Origin: a virus
Taxonomy: Duplodnaviria > Heunggongvirae > Uroviricota > Caudoviricetes
DNA length: 64,000 bases
Reading direction: 5' to 3' (one strand)
Virus record (IMG/VR): IMGVR_UViG_3300050821_008494
Part shown: positions 27,961 to 37,020 of the stretch, in pieces
Layout of the letters: every line of letters starts with the position of its first letter
Numbering within the stretch: position 1 is the stretch's first letter
Translations under genes and position numbers: made by a program
The notes under the pieces: model-generated
Told to the model about the DNA's origin: nothing
What the model saw: the letters and a program-made list of their open reading frames with translations, nothing else
Database searches by the model: none

Positions 27961-28139
27961 AGCTAGACCCTTTCTTCAAGAGGAGCATCGGCCTCGACCT
28001 CTTCGGAGTATCAATTGTAGTAAACATAGTCAACCTCTCTTCTGCCAACCCGGACCGCATCGAATCAATCGTCCTCTTCGTCATAATGGGACTAGGAGCT
28101 GCTCTGTTCTCAGACGGTCTGGAGCTGACTAGCAAATGA
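27957..28139 (+). CDS. small membrane protein
   Basis: ATGA overlap. Confidence 0.35.
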   Translation: MKLDPFFKRSIGLDLFGVSIVVNIVNLSSANPDRIESIVLFVIMGLGAALFSDGLELTSK

Positions 28140-28375
28140 TTCCCCGAACCAAACAGCCTGCACATTCGAACCTCAAACTAGCCGTATGGCTCATATCATT
28201 CGGAGGTTTGTTCGCTTCTATCATCTGGGCATGCATCATACAAACACCCCTCGGTCTCGTTCTCGCGATAGTTCAGATGGTCATCTGCGCAGTAGTCATG
28301 ATGAAGTCCTACCAGTATGACCCGGATGTTGCATTTGCCATGTATCAAGCAACGGGAGTAGACAACTGCCCTTGA
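28136..28375 (+). CDS. membrane protein
   Basis: ATGA overlap. Confidence 0.4.
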   Translation: MIPRTKQPAHSNLKLAVWLISFGGLFASIIWACIIQTPLGLVLAIVQMVICAVVMMKSYQYDPDVAFAMYQATGVDNCP

Positions 28376-28734
28376 GCAACCTCAAAGAACACGACAAGCG
28401 AGCCATGCTTGAGACTCTCCAGAACTACATAGACCGCCAATTCCCTCCTTCCTCAATACAAGCAGCATGGAGCAAGGCAAAGGCCATACTCGAATCCGAC
28501 ACAGTAGAGGTATTCGTCAAGTCGAGACCTCTCACCCGCTCTGACGTGGACTACGATTGGCGCACTTCATCACCTATCACCTGCGCGGGGCCCTGCGGCA
28601 AGGAGTTCAAAGAAGGAGACTACACCAACTGGCTCATAGCCAATATCCCAGTCCATATGAGCAGCAGGATGTTCTGCGACTCTTGCGCAAATCAGCTAGG
28701 CTTCCCTAAGCAAAAGGAGAGAGTCTCTCAATGA
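28372..28734 (+). CDS. hypothetical protein with C-terminal Cys cluster
   Basis: TTG start overlapping stop. Confidence 0.4.
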   Translation: MSNLKEHDKRAMLETLQNYIDRQFPPSSIQAAWSKAKAILESDTVEVFVKSRPLTRSDVDYDWRTSSPITCAGPCGKEFKEGDYTNWLIANIPVHMSSRMFCDSCANQLGFPKQKERVSQ

Positions 28735-29015
28735 ACTTCTTCACGACCTCCCAAATCAAGAAGCTCTTCGACCTCGCGAAGCCAGACCCCGGTCTCTTCG
28801 ACTTTCCTGTAGTCGGCGAAGTCCTCGGGGACCCAGACGCAGACTTCTTTGCAGGTAGCCTCCACGATGCTCGCCTCCTCTCAATGCTCTGCCGGGTAGC
28901 CAACCCTCAACTAGAGAGCGTTGACCCCGTCCCAATGATTGGTGCAGCAAACCCAGACATGACAAGCCCACTACTCGGCTACAGAATCGCCTTCTTGGAG
29001 AGAGATTCTAAATGA
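28731..29015 (+). CDS. hypothetical protein
   Basis: ATGA overlap. Confidence 0.4.
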   Translation: MNFFTTSQIKKLFDLAKPDPGLFDFPVVGEVLGDPDADFFAGSLHDARLLSMLCRVANPQLESVDPVPMIGAANPDMTSPLLGYRIAFLERDSK

Positions 29016-29087
29016 CCTTCGAGTCTCCTGCCGGAGGGCCCTGTAACTGCCAGTCCTGCAAAGAGGAGCATCATCGAGAGTGGTAGT

Positions 29088-29564
29088 ATGACCCTGCGAG
29101 CACACAAGAGAGATGGAATCTGCGAGTGCGGGGACGAATTATCCAGTCATGGTATCGATTCCTGTGATTGCGGGCACTGTTCTCTCATGGGCTACCAAGA
29201 AGAAGGCCCTCTCAAAATGACAGTCGAGGAACGAAAGCAGAGGTTCCCTGTAACAGTTCACAGGGAGAAGGACGGCCTCACATTTTATGTCTGCCCCAAA
29301 GGCCACAAGTTCGGTCTTCCCATGACTATTGGGAAGGTTAGGAACTTCATAATATTCAGCAGGTTCGAAGAAGGCACAGCCTGCCCTGTCTGTTGGTTCG
29401 GAGAAGATTGGAACTTCAAAGAGAAAGGCTTCGACGTCTCCAAGCCTGCTAAGGTGCTAACTGTTCTCGGCCTCAAGTATGACGAGATAGACTGGGAACA
29501 TAGAGGCCAACACTTTGGCTGTCAGTTCTGTCAATATGAATTGAAGCGGAGAGCGAAGTCATGA
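29088..29564 (+). CDS. multi-zinc-ribbon protein
   Basis: CECG..C.C.HC...CPKGH...CPVC...CQFC. Confidence 0.45.
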   Translation: MTLRAHKRDGICECGDELSSHGIDSCDCGHCSLMGYQEEGPLKMTVEERKQRFPVTVHREKDGLTFYVCPKGHKFGLPMTIGKVRNFIIFSRFEEGTACPVCWFGEDWNFKEKGFDVSKPAKVLTVLGLKYDEIDWEHRGQHFGCQFCQYELKRRAKS

Positions 29565-29863
29565 CGACAGAAGAGCGGGTCATCAGAACCTCCCTGTCAG
29601 TCTTCGACAAGGTCCTGTTAGCCGCTTCATTCCTAGTAGGCTTCACCTGTGCAGGCTTCGAGACACTAGGTCTTCAGGCCGTCTTCCGTGCACTCTCTGA
29701 TGCTTATCCAAACACTCCTAACGCTCAGTATGGAGAGATATTCGCAGACTTCGTCTTCGGAGTCCTCACATTCCTAGTCTCCATGTCAACATTCCTCCGA
29801 ATAGCCGACTTAGTCGATTCCCGGATTCACCCGAAGCCGGTTACCCCAGAGGCCCGGTCATGA
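29561..29863 (+). CDS. membrane protein
   Basis: ATGA overlap. Confidence 0.4.
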   Translation: MTTEERVIRTSLSVFDKVLLAASFLVGFTCAGFETLGLQAVFRALSDAYPNTPNAQYGEIFADFVFGVLTFLVSMSTFLRIADLVDSRIHPKPVTPEARS

Positions 29864-30621
29864 ACACCGACTCCATAGCCTTCAAGGGTCTTGTTGGCTT
29901 TGCCTTCATCTTGATGCTCCTCATCGGCCTCGGAGTCTACGCCTACCTCCCAGCAGACCTCTCCCAGACGACAACATCAACCGTAACCTCAGCCACAACC
30001 CTCCCTGCGGTGACTTCAACGATAACCCGGACAACGACCTCAGTCTTCGCCACAACTCTCCCGGTCCCCACAACCCTCGTTCAGACCTCAGTCCAGACAG
30101 AGACCACCAGCATAGTCTCCACCTCCATCTACACAACCCTCTCAGTATCAGTAGTCACACTCACCCAGAACTTCACGAAGACCACAACCCAAACCTCTTT
30201 CCTAACCTCAGTCTCAACAACCACAGTAACCTCCACAGTATCCTCAACGCCAACTACCACATCCTCAACCTCCACAAGCACAGGCCCTCTTAGCATCACG
30301 AGTGTCGGCATCACCGGCTCCGCGAACGGCTCATGTCAGCCTCAGAGCCCTCCCTTCGGAGCCTTCGCTCAATACCAATGTGTCGTCGTAGTCGGCCAGA
30401 GCGGGGCCATCACCTTCACCGGAAGGAACTCCCTAGCAGCAACCCAATGCCTAACATGGACAACCAACAGCACATCCATAATCGCCGTTGCCCAGACGCA
30501 ATCCTTCGCCTCCTGTTCGAACGGAGGCATCCAAATCGTCTACTCCTCGTGGTCTCTTGGGTTTGGGCTCTCGTCTTCATCTCCAAACACCCTTCAGGAA
30601 GTCACGTTCGTCTTCTACTAG
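29860..30621 (+). CDS. Thr-rich secreted or membrane-anchored protein
   Basis: signal anchor then about 150 aa of Thr/Ser/Val-rich low complexity; reminiscent of Thr-rich virion proteins of crenarchaeal viruses. Confidence 0.5.
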   Translation: MNTDSIAFKGLVGFAFILMLLIGLGVYAYLPADLSQTTTSTVTSATTLPAVTSTITRTTTSVFATTLPVPTTLVQTSVQTETTSIVSTSIYTTLSVSVVTLTQNFTKTTTQTSFLTSVSTTTVTSTVSSTPTTTSSTSTSTGPLSITSVGITGSANGSCQPQSPPFGAFAQYQCVVVVGQSGAITFTGRNSLAATQCLTWTTNSTSIIAVAQTQSFASCSNGGIQIVYSSWSLGFGLSSSSPNTLQEVTFVFY

Positions 30622-30638
30622 ACCAACAGTTCTGTAAA

Positions 30639-30666
30639 CAGACAGTCGTGTCTGCTCATTAAATAT
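30639..30666. promoter_or_regulatory. palindrome CAGACA-gtcg-TGTCTG followed by TATA-like cattaaatat
   Basis: about 25-50 nt upstream of the 30689/30707 start. Confidence 0.3.
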
Positions 30667-30688
30667 CAGAAATCCTCTCCCGAAGCCG

Positions 30689-31096
30689 TTGTCCAAGACG
30701 CGCCTGATGCTCGGCTCCTGCTCTGTCATTGTCCTAGTAGCCCTACTTTCGGCTCCTGCTGCATTCGCCAGCGTCTATGAGAGCGGCTCATTCGGTCGCT
30801 CAAGTGCCTACGGCTGCGGCTCAGCATACGTGACATACGAGGTAGACTACAACGGACCCGGTGACTACTCCTACTCCTACTCCGTCTCCACATGGTGGGC
30901 TTCTAGCTGCTCAGCAGGGGCACCGTGTTCACTTCCCTCCTACTGGTATGACTCTGACCAATCTGGAAGCGGCGACACCTCTTCTCCTCCTCAATGGACA
31001 AGCATCAGCTTCTCTAGTGACTACTGGGGATATTGCCCTGACGGAAACCTCTACGCTACAGGCGACCAGATTGTAGTCTCTGTCCCAACCGGGTAA
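30689..31096 (+). CDS. secreted Tyr/Ser-rich protein
   Basis: signal peptide; TTG or ATG (30707) start. Confidence 0.45.
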   Translation: MSKTRLMLGSCSVIVLVALLSAPAAFASVYESGSFGRSSAYGCGSAYVTYEVDYNGPGDYSYSYSVSTWWASSCSAGAPCSLPSYWYDSDQSGSGDTSSPPQWTSISFSSDYWGYCPDGNLYATGDQIVVSVPTG

Positions 31097-31147
31097 ATCA
31101 TTCTAGCAGAACATCTTAAAAGTCTCCGCCATTGAAAGAGAATTCTG

Positions 31148-31246
31148 ATGAAGCCCTGCCCCCAATGCGGTGCTACTCCTCCAGAAGAGCATCAGTTCTG
31201 GTGTCCATACGGGTCCGGGACCCTCTACGTCAACGAGACGATTTGA
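31148..31246 (+). CDS. 32-aa zinc-ribbon peptide (CPQCG...CPYG)
   Basis: hand-found. Confidence 0.3.
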   Translation: MKPCPQCGATPPEEHQFWCPYGSGTLYVNETI

Positions 31247-31485
31247 CATGAACAAAGAAGAAGCCGTCACAATTCTCCTAGTTGCCGCACTCTCAATCTG
31301 TGGAATAGTCCTCGCCTCTCCCCTCAAGGTGTGAGCCTGTCTTGGGTCTGGCAGCATTTTTCAAATCAATCCTCGACCTGCTAGACCCTCCTCTTCCAGA
31401 TGGGACATACGAGCTTATCGACTACAACTTCCCTCCGAAGCGCCGCAGAAGATATGGCAGCAGAGCTTCTTAAATACAGATTGAC

Positions 31486-31496
31486 CTTATCTTAAG
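31486..31496. promoter_or_regulatory. CTTATCTTAAG operator-like motif 10 nt upstream of SPFH gene
   Basis: reverse complement of the core of the 20-nt repeats. Confidence 0.4.
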
Positions 31497-31505
31497 CCCA
31501 CAACA

Positions 31506-32519
31506 ATGTCACGAAGATTCGGCGACAATACCGACGAACGAACAATAGGAGGGCTGCAGCGCAGGCTAGGCCTAATCCTCTTTCTCCTCATAGTAGGAGC
31601 AGTAGTGTTTAGCGTAGTCGGAGTCACTTCGACATATTCAGTCGGAGTATCGCAATCGGCAGTCCTCGTCAACGGGGTCAGCGGAGAAATCTCAGGCCCT
31701 GTCCCGGGACCCACAACTCACTTCTTCGGGAAGTATCCATGGGTCAACACAATCATCATACCAACATCAGTCCAGACTCTGACCCTTCAAGGCAACAGCA
31801 CAGGCGTCTTCGTCCTCTCTCAAGACAACCTCGAAATCGAGTTCGACATCAACTTCAGATACCAAGTCCTCTCGAACCACGCAATCCAACTCTACGAGAA
31901 GTTCCCCGGTCAGAATTGGGAGGCAGCAGCCATAGAGCCTCACATCAGGACCGCTTTCAGGGACGTCGTAGCGAAGTATGCGGCGGACCAAATCCAAATC
32001 GTGCGCGACCAGATTCAGACAGGAGTCGAGCAAGAGATTAGTAACAACATCGGCAACGACTCTTCTCTAGCAGGAGCAATCAGCGTAGTCTCCGTGCAGA
32101 TTACCGACATCACCCTGCCCGCGAGCTTCCTCGGTGCAATCCAAGCCAAGCTCAACGCGCAGCAGCAATACCTCCAAGCTCAGTTCGACGCGCAGAAGGT
32201 AGTCCTTCTAGCGACCGCGAACGCCAACGCTACCATACAGCAGGCTCTAGGAGTCAAGTCATCCCAACTCATCATAGCGAACGGCACAGCAGCGTCCCTC
32301 CAATACATAGGGAGAGAACTCAACCTGAACGCAACTCAGATTGCAGCCCTCACCCAGACCTACGTGTTCATGCAGCAACTCCAGACCCTCTGCCAGCAGT
32401 CCAGCACTTCGAGTAGCTCTGCCGGTGCTAGCACAACCTCCACGTCAGGAGCGTGCCAGAACATGGTGATGATACTCGGGTCCTCCAACGGCCAGCTCAT
32501 CCAAATCCCGGTGAAGTAG
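31506..32519 (+). CDS. SPFH/band-7 (stomatin/prohibitin-like) membrane protein
   Basis: N-terminal TM, then SPFH-like core (VSVQITDITLPASFLGAIQAKLNAQQQ...AQ) and coiled-coil tail. Confidence 0.55.
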   Translation: MSRRFGDNTDERTIGGLQRRLGLILFLLIVGAVVFSVVGVTSTYSVGVSQSAVLVNGVSGEISGPVPGPTTHFFGKYPWVNTIIIPTSVQTLTLQGNSTGVFVLSQDNLEIEFDINFRYQVLSNHAIQLYEKFPGQNWEAAAIEPHIRTAFRDVVAKYAADQIQIVRDQIQTGVEQEISNNIGNDSSLAGAISVVSVQITDITLPASFLGAIQAKLNAQQQYLQAQFDAQKVVLLATANANATIQQALGVKSSQLIIANGTAASLQYIGRELNLNATQIAALTQTYVFMQQLQTLCQQSSTSSSSAGASTTSTSGACQNMVMILGSSNGQLIQIPVK

Positions 32520-32521
32520 CC

Positions 32522-32818
32522 ATGACAAACGACCACCCGACTCCGGAGTCCTTGTCAGGCTACCAACTTTTTATCTCCTTGATATCGTTCCTAGCAGGAA
32601 TCATGACGGCAGCTCTATCGGTCACACTGATACTAGAGGACCTTACGATTTCCGTAGGAGTAGCAATATTCTTGGTGGGTGTTGTGATACTCGTAAAGAA
32701 GGAGTCCAAGGATTGGGCTTGGAAAGAGGCAACGAGCTTCTACAACACATACCTTCCATTCATCATAGGATTTGGATTCGCTCTAGTATTCTTCGGCCTC
32801 GTGATAGACCTCCCGTGA
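32522..32818 (+). CDS. small membrane protein (possible SPFH partner)
   Basis: ATG 3 nt after SPFH stop; three TM helices. Confidence 0.4.
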   Translation: MTNDHPTPESLSGYQLFISLISFLAGIMTAALSVTLILEDLTISVGVAIFLVGVVILVKKESKDWAWKEATSFYNTYLPFIIGFGFALVFFGLVIDLP

Positions 32819-33195
32819 CGCGAAAATACCTAAGTCACGGCGAGCGCAAACTAGCAGGTATCATTAGACGGAACGGCATAGCTCTCAGCTACACCGGCAA
32901 CCCAAAGCACAAGACGGCCTTCTGGGTAACATTCTCAGATGGCACGCACGCCTGCCCGGACTACATGAACCAGAACAAGAGGAAGGTCCTAGAGCTTTGG
33001 GGCTCGGGAGTTCATACAATAGAAGAAATGACAGCACGAGCAGGCAAATACCGCGAGAAGAATTGGGACTGCTTTCTACTCAATGACTTCGACCTCTATC
33101 ATACCCCGGAGCCGAAGCTAGTGAAGCAGATTGTGGACTTTGTCGAACGTCAGATGCCTTCTGTTTCTGCCGGAACTACAACACCTTTGCCGTAG
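32815..33195 (+). CDS. hypothetical protein
   Basis: GTGA overlap; convergent overlap with minus-strand nuclease gene. Confidence 0.4.
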   Translation: MTRKYLSHGERKLAGIIRRNGIALSYTGNPKHKTAFWVTFSDGTHACPDYMNQNKRKVLELWGSGVHTIEEMTARAGKYREKNWDCFLLNDFDLYHTPEPKLVKQIVDFVERQMPSVSAGTTTPLP

Positions 33196-33659
33196 ATTAT
33201 CTCTCTCTGAATCTTCCTAGCTTGTGTTGAGAGTTTCTGGTCGTATTCGTCGAGCTGCACTAACATAGAGGCAAGTCTGGCATCTTTTACCTCTATGAAT
33301 CTAACCGTTTGTGAATTAGATACCACTCCTACTACCAGATTCAGTTTCAAATTCATAATCTTGCCGAGTCTCCAAGCCCTCTCTATTGCTATGTTCTCCA
33401 GAAATCCTCCCCTGATTACCGAGCCATGTGATTTCACTTCTATGAAGATTTTGCCGTCCTCATCTAGCAAGTCTCCCTTTGGCAACCCAGAATGAAACTT
33501 CTTTCCATATTTCTCCTCGGCCCATTGCATAGCCTTGGCTTCCGACAGCATTCCAGTCTTTCCGTCTCTTAGCTTTGAGGTCAAGTATCTAGAGAAGACC
33601 TCTTGAGAAAGAGAGTAATCAGAGCACAAGTCTTCTATCAATTTGAGTCCGTAACTCAT
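33150..33659 (-). CDS. PD-(D/E)xK nuclease, Hjc-like (putative Holliday junction resolvase or restriction-like nuclease)
   Basis: GDLLDEDGKIFIEVKS resembles the Hjc VDLIA....IFECK core (D...ExK). Confidence 0.45.
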   Translation of the reverse strand: MSYGLKLIEDLCSDYSLSQEVFSRYLTSKLRDGKTGMLSEAKAMQWAEEKYGKKFHSGLPKGDLLDEDGKIFIEVKSHGSVIRGGFLENIAIERAWRLGKIMNLKLNLVVGVVSNSQTVRFIEVKDARLASMLVQLDEYDQKLSTQARKIQREIIYGKGVVVPAETEGI

Positions 33660-34465
33660 TTCGATTTCATCCTCGGAGCGTTTGCTCTTTCCATGAGGAG
33701 CCTCTCTGCTTCAACTTCATCTAAGTAGCCCTCTACCTGCTTCTCCGTCTGTCCTGTAGTCTTGCTGATAGTAGAAGTGCTTGCCCCATCTCTCTTCATC
33801 TTGTTAATCAAAGAGTAGCGAGCTGAGTGCGTGTTGGCTATATGTCTCCGTGCAAACTTCTTGTAACCGTTCAGTGTCCTCGTCTCTAGTATCTTTATGA
33901 ACAAGTCTCTGTCGGAATCTAGACATTCTTGAGGTATGACTAGCAGCCGTGTCTTCGCGTTCTCCATGTCAGGTATGAATTTGGTGCAGACGCAGCCCTT
34001 GTTCTTACACTTGCCTCTTTCTCCCTTGACTCCAGTCAGAGAATGACCGTTCGTCTCGCTCTTCGAAGTCTTGATGTGACTACACGTCTTGCAATGGAGC
34101 ACGGTCTTCCGGACTCGAACTCTCATTGACCTTGCACCAGTCTTGACCCATGTCTGCCAAGCATCGAACCCTTCTATTGCGCGGCAACCTCCTACAATTT
34201 GTATGAGGTAGACCTCGAACCAGCCTAGTCTGACGGGAGCTTCTTCATCTAGGTCGATGCGAGCCTCGTTGTCTAAGTCACCTATGTTAGGCAGAGCCTG
34301 TGCGATTGCGCTCCGAGAAGCTAGGTCTCTCTCCTTCAAAATGTCGGACGCGAGACGCTCGACGGTCGAGTCGTAGTCAACCCTGTGGTCCCACTTCACC
34401 AATTCAGATTCGGGTATTGAGACCCCATTTGATAAACGTAAGGAGCCCAGACCTTCTGCACTCAT
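33656..34465 (-). CDS. tyrosine recombinase/integrase-like protein with inserted Cys-rich Zn cluster
   Basis: box I-like GGCRAIEG (Arg-I); box II-like RRHIANTH ... GQTEKQVEGYL (R-H...H...Y) collinear with XerD LRHSFATH...GHSDLSTTQIYTHV; central CKTCSH...CKNKGCVC. Confidence 0.45.
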   Translation of the reverse strand: MSAEGLGSLRLSNGVSIPESELVKWDHRVDYDSTVERLASDILKERDLASRSAIAQALPNIGDLDNEARIDLDEEAPVRLGWFEVYLIQIVGGCRAIEGFDAWQTWVKTGARSMRVRVRKTVLHCKTCSHIKTSKSETNGHSLTGVKGERGKCKNKGCVCTKFIPDMENAKTRLLVIPQECLDSDRDLFIKILETRTLNGYKKFARRHIANTHSARYSLINKMKRDGASTSTISKTTGQTEKQVEGYLDEVEAERLLMERANAPRMKSK

Positions 34466-34789
34466 CCTCTAGGCTCATCATCGCTCTACCTGTTAGTCCT
34501 CCGAGATAACTACTGACTATGACCACGAGGACTCAGTCGCCGTTCGTCGTAACAACTCCGGGATTTCTACGGTGCGTCCTCTCACCGCCAATTGGACGAC
34601 GGCCTACCGTAGGCATTTCTGACCATGGGGCTCCATCCTATCAGATGAGGTCTCACACAAGCAACGCTCGCGGGTGAGCACCCTTCTCCCCGCCATCTCT
34701 AGGAGTAGGAGTTGAAGCCCTTAGAAAACGACGGTGTTGTATTCCTGTTTAGGAATGACTAAAATAGACGCTGTCTGTTTGTCTACACC

Positions 34790-35242
34790 GTGCAGGCCGC
34801 AGCTGCTGTCCCTCAACCGCGTCCTCCTCAGCCTGCTCCTACCAACCCTGCTACCATTGAGTTTGAGCTTATGGAGTTCGTCAATGATACTCCGAGGGAG
34901 GTCCCTCTTGAGATGCGCAGACAGAACTGGGGCTTTGTGACCCGTCTACTCGGCCTCACTATGCTAGCTGAGAACGAGGCCAACGCACAAATCTACCGCA
35001 TACACGAGCAAGCCCTGTTTCTGCAGTCGTCGGTTCCTGCAAGATTCATAACCGACAATTTCATAAATTGGATTCGTCAGTTCGAAGAACTTTGTGTTCT
35101 GAAGGTCTACCAAGCCAAGCTCCGACCTCGTGGCTGGATTAACGAGCGTATGCTCGGAGCCTACACAGTTCAAGAAACAGTCCAAGCAGGGAGACAGAGC
35201 AGCGGGAGCCGCAAGCGAATCTTCCCCATAGGACCGATTTGA
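34790..35242 (+). CDS. hypothetical protein
   Basis: ORF track; true start may be the internal ATG near 34871. Confidence 0.35.
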   Translation: MQAAAAVPQPRPPQPAPTNPATIEFELMEFVNDTPREVPLEMRRQNWGFVTRLLGLTMLAENEANAQIYRIHEQALFLQSSVPARFITDNFINWIRQFEELCVLKVYQAKLRPRGWINERMLGAYTVQETVQAGRQSSGSRKRIFPIGPI

Positions 35243-36513
35243 GCATGGTAGACCTCACTGTCCCGATAAATGAGATTGCAATTGTAGTAGGCCTCTCCAT
35301 CGCCGGTGTTGTGGCAATTGTCATAGGCCTCAAGGGTCGGGGAGGAAACAAGGCAGTTCGGACCGCAGGCTACCCGTCGGGTCCTGAACAGACGAGCACA
35401 GGAGCCCGACCTACTAAGTCATTACGACGCCCAACTCCAGAAATTGTCGTAGTCTCTGATGTTAAGAGAGACATCCCAGACAGCTGGCGTTCATTTCTTT
35501 GGTTCTGGATTGCCATAGGAACAATCATCAGTGCCCCAATCGGTCTATACGTCTCTCATGTCAATCTGATAGTCTCGATTGCCTACTTCGGAACTTTCCC
35601 TCTCCTTGCCGTTATCGCAGGCTACGCATTCAGCCACTTCCGGGTAGCAGGTCCGGCTCGCGACTTCGACAAAATTTTGAAGCAGAACAACTGCGTAGCT
35701 CTTCACATCGGAACAGACGACAAGGCAAGGTTGGTTGGCGGGAGGAGAGGCTCAACTGGACGCTGGCACCTACCTAACATGGAGATTACGGCAGACGCAA
35801 TCAAGAAGGCGATTTTCCCATTCTACGGAAACGTCATCTCTATAATCCATAGCGTTTCTGACGCCCAGTTGAATCCGGAATTTCTCTACTTCGCCACAGT
35901 CTACAATCGCAACAGTGAACTCATCGGAGAGGACCATCGCCCGAAACTTTCTACGGACATAGCAGACACAATTTCGAAAATGGTAGAGAGAGAGGAAGAA
36001 CTTCTTGAGATGGAGAACGAGATGGTTCGCATCAACAGGGGAGAGACTACTCTTGCGAACGTCATAGAGGAGCGTTACAGGGACATCATCTACGACAAGG
36101 ATGGCAAGCTGATAACAGACGTTCATGACAAGCTCACTGAGTATTGGGGAGGCATGATGAAGGACGATGGCTTCCCTATGAAAATTGAACTTGGAGAAAT
36201 TTCAAGAGCCTTCGAGATAACCATACAGGAGAAGGGCTATCACGTCGAGTTCGAGAAAGACATGAGAGGCAAGCTCATAGGAGCCCATCTCGTCCATGAC
36301 AGAGTCCTCGACGCTCATGACTTCAGAAATTACCTCCCGACAGGAGGCACAGCCGAGTCCTCTCATCTCTTGTCAGAAAACGCTCGTCTCGCCGGAAACG
36401 AGGAGAGAGGGCAGACAGACAACCGGCTCTTCCGTCTCATGCTCTACATCTTGCTTCCGGTCGGAATAGGGGTCATGCTCTACCTCATATTCCTCGGAAT
36501 CAAGCAGCTGTAG
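35239..36513 (+). CDS. membrane protein with large soluble domain (424 aa)
   Basis: N-terminal TMs and C-terminal TM; ATGA overlap. Confidence 0.5.
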   Translation: MSMVDLTVPINEIAIVVGLSIAGVVAIVIGLKGRGGNKAVRTAGYPSGPEQTSTGARPTKSLRRPTPEIVVVSDVKRDIPDSWRSFLWFWIAIGTIISAPIGLYVSHVNLIVSIAYFGTFPLLAVIAGYAFSHFRVAGPARDFDKILKQNNCVALHIGTDDKARLVGGRRGSTGRWHLPNMEITADAIKKAIFPFYGNVISIIHSVSDAQLNPEFLYFATVYNRNSELIGEDHRPKLSTDIADTISKMVEREEELLEMENEMVRINRGETTLANVIEERYRDIIYDKDGKLITDVHDKLTEYWGGMMKDDGFPMKIELGEISRAFEITIQEKGYHVEFEKDMRGKLIGAHLVHDRVLDAHDFRNYLPTGGTAESSHLLSENARLAGNEERGQTDNRLFRLMLYILLPVGIGVMLYLIFLGIKQL

Positions 36514-36528
36514 TGGTGGTCTCGAAAA

Positions 36529-37017
36529 ATGCCGAAGGGCAGCGGTAAAGAGCCACCGTCATACCTAGTAGCCGGAGACCGTCGCTCTCTCGAACTAATC
36601 TTCCAGAGGATGGACTTCGCCACAAACGCCTTGATTTTCGGAGACTACGACAACGCAATGGAAAATATTGAGGCTGCTTGGCAGCGTCTTCCTAACAGGC
36701 TGAAGGAGGATTTCGAAGAACCCAACGAGACTCTCAAGATTCAGATTGACAAGGTCCCTACTGAGAGCCAGCTCTGGGATGACCCAAACTTCATGGCTAC
36801 TAATCCCGGATGGAAGGACATAGAGCGATTCAGGGAGAACGCCATCAAGCGTCTGATTCATCGCCTAGTCTACGACTGCATCAACAAATACACGCAAGCC
36901 ATGGACACGGCAGGACTCTACATGAGGGAGTCCGGAGAAGGCACAGGAGTATTCGGCTCCTACGACGATGCCATCAAGGGACGCTCCTACAAGGTCAAAC
37001 AAATGGAGACTCCTTAG
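36529..37017 (+). CDS. hypothetical protein
   Basis: ORF track. Confidence 0.45.
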   Translation: MPKGSGKEPPSYLVAGDRRSLELIFQRMDFATNALIFGDYDNAMENIEAAWQRLPNRLKEDFEEPNETLKIQIDKVPTESQLWDDPNFMATNPGWKDIERFRENAIKRLIHRLVYDCINKYTQAMDTAGLYMRESGEGTGVFGSYDDAIKGRSYKVKQMETP

Positions 37018-37020
37018 AAA

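Larger units (their letters stand above)
33150..34789 (-). mobile_element. integration/recombination module (nuclease + integrase + flanking 325-bp noncoding region)
   Basis: only minus-strand gene pair in the first 38 kb; followed by the largest noncoding gap, which contains the palindrome GCCTAC-C-GTAGGC and CTC(A/C)CCGCCA direct repeats. Confidence 0.3.

Noticed and set aside
34466-34789. tRNA gene or fragment next to the integrase
   Set aside because: No cloverleaf-compatible segment and no GTTCRANNC/CCA features; only a palindrome and short direct repeats.
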